NCBI GenBank assembly: GCA_049801375.1
Contig: JBARKJ010000073.1
Span: 6,597-70,596, forward strand
DNA length: 64,000 nt
Origin: Nitrospirota bacterium
Lineage (GTDB): Bacteria > Nitrospirota > JACRHJ01
Direction: 5' to 3'
A program made the position numbers and the translations under genes. This document shows, in pieces, positions 61,377 through 64,000 of the stretch. The notes under the pieces are model-generated. The model was not told where the DNA came from. It made no database searches and saw only the letters and a program-made list of their open reading frames with translations. Within the stretch, counting starts at the first letter, position 1; every line of letters starts with the position of its first letter.

Positions 61377-64000
61377 TTAAAGTTTCGTTGCGAGTTTTTC
61401 CACGTCGTAGGCCTCTATCACGTCACCGACCTTGATGTCGTTGAAGTTCTCGACGCCTATGCCGCATTCGTATCCTGTCTGGACTTCGCGCACGTCTTCT
61501 TTAAACCGCTTCAGCGAGGACAGCTTGCCTTCGAATATCACCACGTTGTCCCGGAGCACCCGCACTCCCGCGCTCCCCCTGGTGATGACGCCGTCCAGGA
61601 CGTAGCATCCTGCGATAAGGCCTATTTTCGGAACGCTGAACGTCTGACGGACCTCCGCACGTCCGAGTACCTTCTCCTTGAGCGTCGGCTCCAGCAGACC
61701 TTCCATCGCCAGCCGCACCTCATCGATTGCGTTGTAGATTATGTTATACAGACGGACGTCCACGCCCTCCGCCTCCGCAAGCTGGGATGCCTTGGGCTCC
61801 GGGCGGATATTGAAGCCTATGATAATGGCGTTAGACGCCGAGGCCAGCATCACGTCGGACTCCGTTATCGCGCCGACCGAGCCGTGTATCACGTTCAGCT
61901 TCACCGCCTCCGTGGACAGCTTGGTGAGCGACTCCGAGACCGCCTCCACCGAGCCCTGCACGTCGGCCTTTATTATAATATTAAGCTCTTTGACCTCGCC
62001 TTTCTGGATCTGCGAGAACAGGTCATCGAGCGTAACTCTCTTGTGGAGGGCAAGCTCCGCTTCTCTCACTTTCTGCATCCTGGACTGGGCGACCTGACGG
62101 GCCTTCTTCTCGTCTTCCATCACGACGAACGAATCTCCCGCCTGCGGTACTCCTGAAAGCCCTATGACCTCGACCGGATATGAAGGCGTGGCCTCCTTCT
62201 CTTTCTTGCCTTTGTCGTTTAAGAGCATCCTTATGCGTCCGGAGTGCTGGCCTGTTACGAATACGTCTCCGGGCCTGATGGTCCCGGTGGAGACCAGCAC
62301 CGTGGCCACGGGGCCGCGTCCCTTGTCAAGTTTGGCCTCGATGATAGTGCCATGGCCGGGCTTGTTCGGATTTGCCTTCAGCTCCATTACGTCCGCCTGG
62401 AGGAGTATCATCTCGAGAAGGCTTTCGATGCCGATGCGCTTCTTCGCGGATACCGGGACGAATATCGTATCGCCACCCCAATCTTCCGGCACAAGGCCCT
62501 GGTCGGAAAGCTCCCTCTTCACTCTGTCCTGATCTGCTTCAGGCTTGTCTATCTTGTTTATCGCGACAATAATAGGCACTTTCGCCGCTTTTGAATGGTT
62601 GATGGCTTCCAGTGTCTGGGGACGCACGCCGTCTTCCGCCGCCACGACCAGGACGACTATGTCCGTCACCTGTGCGCCCCTCGCCCTCATCGCGGTGAAA
62701 GCCTCGTGGCCCGGGGTGTCCAGGAATACTATATCCTTATCATTCAGGCGCACCCTATATGCGCCGATGTGCTGTGTGATGCCGCCGGCTTCATCCTTCG
62801 TCACGCTCGTCTGACGGATCGCGTCAAGGAGCGAGGTCTTGCCGTGGTCGACGTGCCCCATGATGGTAACGATGGGGGGACGCGGCCTCAGGTCCTCCGG
62901 ACGGTCCTGTTCCTCTTCGACAAAAGCTTCCTCGTCGGTTATCGGCGTTACGTCCACCTTCAGGCCGTACTGGTCCGCCAGGAGTACCGCTGCGTCCGTA
63001 TCGATGGCGTTATTGATCGTCGCCATCATACCCATCTCGAAAAGCTTTTTAATTACATCGCCGGATTTGACGCCTATCTTGTCGGCGAAATCCTTAACTG
63101 TAATACCCTCGGTAATCTTCACGGCCTTTTTCCTTGCTACAGTTGAGGCGATGTCCTCCACGGCCGCGGCAGCGGCTGAAGGGGCCTGATGTTTCTGATG
63201 TGTTCTGAAATCCTGCTTCTGGCCCCTCTTTTTCGATCCCCTGAAGTCCTGCCACTTCTGAGGGCCACTGCCTTCTTTTTTGGGGAAGGCGGTATCCGGC
63301 CCGGCCGGTTTCTTCTTTACGGTCTGCAGGCGGTTTTTCAGCTTGGACGAAATAGTAGGCACCTTATCGACGCCGTCCATCACTTCCACTTCTGTCCGGA
63401 CCGGCTTCGGCCCTTTCGACTTTTTCAATTTTGCGAGCGCCTCTTTTGCCGCCTGCTCCTTCTGAGCCGGCGTCTGCTGCTGCGGCGCGGGATGGGAAGG
63501 CCTGCGTTGCGACGGAGCGCCTTCTTTCTTCCTGAGAGCGTCCGCCGCGAGCCGGTCGAGCATCTCCTGGGAGACAACCGGCCTTGGAGGCGCTTCCGCT
63601 ACAGGCGGCGCCTTAGGCGGCTCCTGCACGGCAGGTTCCACCGTTTTTACCTCTGCCGTCATGGGCTCCTCGGGTGCCTTGACTTCGTGTGCCTTAGTTT
63701 CCTGGACTGGAACGGCTGGAACCGATGTAACCGATGGAGCCGCAGTTTCTATTTTTTCTTCCACCGGCGGCTGTTCGGAGGGCTTTACCTCGATTTTCGG
63801 CTTTATGATTTCGGCGGTTCCCACTCCCGGACCGGTGGCCACCGCAGTTGTATTCCTGTGTTTGAAGAAGCCCCCGAAACGGGAAGTAGGAGCCGGTTTT
63901 TCCATCTCCGTCTTTTCAACTTTTTTGGCGGCCGCCGGTCTCGCTTCTTCGTCGGAAGAGGGCGCTGAAGGGGCCGATTTGATTTTGACGGCGCCGGAAG
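61377..64000 (-). CDS. infB: Translation initiation factor IF-2. Its N-terminal end lies beyond the window edge.
   Basis: GTPase domain ([24 protein letters not shown]), Pro/Ala/Gln-rich N-terminal region, beta-barrel domains. The reading frame is still open from 63905 to position 64000, so the gene is truncated by the window. Confidence 0.9.
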   Translation of the reverse strand, partial: SGAVKIKSAPSAPSSDEEARPAAAKKVEKTEMEKPAPTSRFGGFFKHRNTTAVATGPGVGTAEIIKPKIEVKPSEQPPVEEKIETAAPSVTSVPAVPVQETKAHEVKAPEEPMTAEVKTVEPAVQEPPKAPPVAEAPPRPVVSQEMLDRLAADALRKKEGAPSQRRPSHPAPQQQTPAQKEQAAKEALAKLKKSKGPKPVRTEVEVMDGVDKVPTISSKLKNRLQTVKKKPAGPDTAFPKKEGSGPQKWQDFRGSKKRGQKQDFRTHQKHQAPSAAAAAVEDIASTVARKKAVKITEGITVKDFADKIGVKSGDVIKKLFEMGMMATINNAIDTDAAVLLADQYGLKVDVTPITDEEAFVEEEQDRPEDLRPRPPIVTIMGHVDHGKTSLLDAIRQTSVTKDEAGGITQHIGAYRVRLNDKDIVFLDTPGHEAFTAMRARGAQVTDIVVLVVAAEDGVRPQTLEAINHSKAAKVPIIVAINKIDKPEADQDRVKRELSDQGLVPEDWGGDTIFVPVSAKKRIGIESLLEMILLQADVMELKANPNKPGHGTIIEAKLDKGRGPVATVLVSTGTIRPGDVFVTGQHSGRIRMLLNDKGKKEKEATPSYPVEVIGLSGVPQAGDSFVVMEDEKKARQVAQSRMQKVREAELALHKRVTLDDLFSQIQKGEVKELNIIIKADVQGSVEAVSESLTKLSTEAVKLNVIHGSVGAITESDVMLASASNAIIIGFNIRPEPKASQLAEAEGVDVRLYNIIYNAIDEVRLAMEGLLEPTLKEKVLGRAEVRQTFSVPKIGLIAGCYVLDGVITRGSAGVRVLRDNVVIFEGKLSSLKRFKEDVREVQTGYECGIGVENFNDIKVGDVIEAYDVEKLATKL

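Noticed and set aside
63189-63968. 259-aa Arg-rich plus-strand ORF.
   Set aside because: Antisense to the Pro/Ala/Lys-rich N-terminal region of infB. A compositional artefact.

Overview
This is a 64 kb stretch of a moderately GC-rich bacterial chromosome, densely packed with genes in long co-directional blocks with short or overlapping junctions. No CRISPR arrays, transposases, integrases, rRNA or tRNA genes were seen, and nearly all of it is core metabolism and translation. Two clusters together suggest an anaerobically respiring, Deltaproteobacteria/Desulfuromonadales-like organism, but this is inference only: the pyrR...carA-X-carB-greA-pyrK-pyrD layout, and nusA/infB-DUF503-rbfA-DHH-truB-rpsO-pnp-M16 peptidase-dut-mutL-miaA-hfq.

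Genes identified, in order:
- A futalosine-pathway menaquinone cluster: an amidohydrolase truncated at the window start, then two MqnC/MqnE-type radical SAM genes.
- A tRNA-modification cluster on the minus strand: a THUMP-less ThiI-like PP-loop ATPase, an MtaB-like and a MiaB methylthiotransferase, and a CheY-like receiver.
- A DUF62 SAM hydroxide adenosyltransferase.
- An unusual divergent 5'-nucleotidase-like domain fused to a C-terminal tetraheme c-type cytochrome.
- A Bacillus-like pyrimidine operon on the minus strand, in order pyrR-pyrB-pyrC-carA-carB-pyrK-pyrD. It carries three inserted genes (a secreted metallophosphoesterase, a PflX-like radical SAM gene, greA) and is preceded by a recognisable PyrR-binding attenuator with an intrinsic terminator.
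- lepA, lepB, and a ROK glucokinase.
- A Fur-family regulator followed by two tandem Hfq-like paralogs; a canonical hfq also sits next to miaA elsewhere in the window.
- lnt, prfB with its programmed +1 frameshift, an archaeal-type Ogg2 glycosylase, lysS, and lolC/E and lolD split by a secreted unknown protein.
- A solitary MshE/GspE-type ATPase with c-di-GMP-binding MshEN motifs, next to a triple-hairpin intergenic element.
- A CbiMQO ECF transporter that lacks cbiN and is coupled to DUF360 and PsiE-like membrane proteins.
- queD-pmbA, resB-ccsA (system II cytochrome c biogenesis), copA, a uspA-DUF948-ytxH stress triad, rodZ, a TPR lipoprotein, and a nudix-mtnP-pfkB salvage cluster.
- The classic infB(partial)-DUF503-rbfA-nrnA-truB-rpsO-pnp-M16 peptidase-dut-mutL-miaA-hfq block.

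The items most worth a second look:
- The fur-hfqL-hfqL module.
- The pseudo-phosphatase/cytochrome fusion with DUF62.
- The solitary c-di-GMP-type secretion ATPase with its structured upstream RNA/DNA element.
- The split lol operon.
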